Below, piece by piece: positions 36,354-37,197 of a stretch of DNA of 37,197 bases. The translations under genes were made by a program, and so were the position numbers. Origin of the DNA: Microcoleaceae cyanobacterium (GTDB lineage Bacteria > Cyanobacteriota > Cyanobacteriia > Cyanobacteriales > Microcoleaceae); the NCBI GenBank assembly GCA_051652765.1, contig JBOFUV010000032.1:1-37197 (forward strand). Direction: 5' to 3'. Every line of letters begins with the position of its first letter. Within the stretch, counting starts at the first letter, position 1. The notes below the pieces were generated by a model that saw nothing but the letters and a program-made list of their open reading frames with translations, was not told the origin of the DNA and searched no databases.

Positions 36354-37197
36354 ATGAGTACTCCTCCCAAGATTTCCCCCGCCTTTGAACAGTTTCTTGC
36401 CGGTGCTGATGCCAATACTCACAAAGCCGCTGTCGTACTATTCCGGGGAGCACAGCCACCGAGTGTTCTCCCTGAAAAAGGAACCCAAGCTTACTTCAGT
36501 GCAATCAACTCCCAAGCCCAAAGCAATCAGGCAGTCGTTGCGGAGATGGCGGTCAGTTACCGGAGTGAAACCGGGGAATCCCTGAATGCTGAAACCATCG
36601 GTTCTGGCGCGTTACCAGCGGCAAAGGTAGAAGTGACTCCTGAAACGCTTTCAGCACTGGCATCCCAACCGAATGTGATTGCCATCCTACCCAACCAAAG
36701 GATTAAGCTAATTAAGCCTCAAGCCATTGACTATTCAGATCTCAATAGTCAAGAGGAGAAAGCCAAACTGACTTGGGGATTGCAGACCATGGAAATTCCA
36801 AAGGTTTGGGAGACCACAAAGGGCAAAGACATTACCGTGGCAGTTTTGGATACCGGAGTTCATGATGAACACCGAGCCCTGCAAGGCAAGGTCAAGGGCT
36901 TTGTGATTATTGATCCTCAGGGACGACGGATTACGGCTACGCCAGCCTTTGATGGCGGAGAACATGGAACCCACGTTTGCGGGACAATTGCTGGGGGAAC
37001 AACTGAAACCGGAGTGGCAATTGGGGTGGCACCGGAGGCCAAATTGTTGGCCGCAGGTGTTCTGATTGGGGACTCAACCGTTCGAACTTTGATCGAAGGT
37101 ATGTCCTGGGCCATTGAACAGGGAGCGAATATTATCAATATGTCCCTCGGGCTGAGCTACTACGAACCCCTATTTGCCCAGGTGTTTGATCTGCTGA
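36354..37197 (+). CDS. S8 (subtilisin-like) serine peptidase, truncated by the window end (absent from the ORF track)
   Basis: Open frame from ATG 36354 (MSTPPKISPAF) containing VAVLDTG, HGTHVCGTIAG, GVAPEA and IINMSLG. Confidence 0.9.
   Translation, partial: MSTPPKISPAFEQFLAGADANTHKAAVVLFRGAQPPSVLPEKGTQAYFSAINSQAQSNQAVVAEMAVSYRSETGESLNAETIGSGALPAAKVEVTPETLSALASQPNVIAILPNQRIKLIKPQAIDYSDLNSQEEKAKLTWGLQTMEIPKVWETTKGKDITVAVLDTGVHDEHRALQGKVKGFVIIDPQGRRITATPAFDGGEHGTHVCGTIAGGTTETGVAIGVAPEAKLLAAGVLIGDSTVRTLIEGMSWAIEQGANIINMSLGLSYYEPLFAQVFDLL

Noticed and set aside
36385..37138. Short ORFs listed at the right end
   Set aside because: Alternative frames of the S8 peptidase gene that runs off the window.

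Overview
Cyanobacterial chromosomal window (about 20 HIP1 GCGATCGC sites, kaiBC, cyanobacterial-type ftsZ). The centrepiece is a complete subtype I-D cas gene set (WYL regulator, cas3', RAMA-like gene, cas10d with internal cas11d, cas7, cas5, 2OG-Fe(II) oxygenase, cas6, cas4, cas1, a 45-aa membrane ORF, cas2) running from a pseudouridine synthase gene to the 3' end of tRNA-Leu(UAG). No CRISPR array is visible, only two solitary I-D-type repeats. The solitary repeat between cas3' and the RAMA-cas10d operon (16582-16618, + strand) is followed by a guide-like sequence that matches two tandem sites about 100-130 bp upstream. Both sites carry the I-D PAM GTT, and in the longer match the only mismatches are at guide positions 6 and 12. 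The sites sit between the predicted Cascade-operon promoter and the predicted promoter of the RNA itself, which points to a CRISPR-like regulatory RNA that makes I-D Cascade repress its own operon. The rest of the window holds a fused MNT-HEPN gene and a Tat-exported caspase-like protease between 60-bp direct repeats, housekeeping genes (wecB, kaiC, kaiB without adjacent kaiA, ftsZ, thiD, lysS, a Fur-family gene, a RidA-family gene), a probable IS200/IS605-derived remnant, many short tandem duplications and a truncated S8 peptidase.
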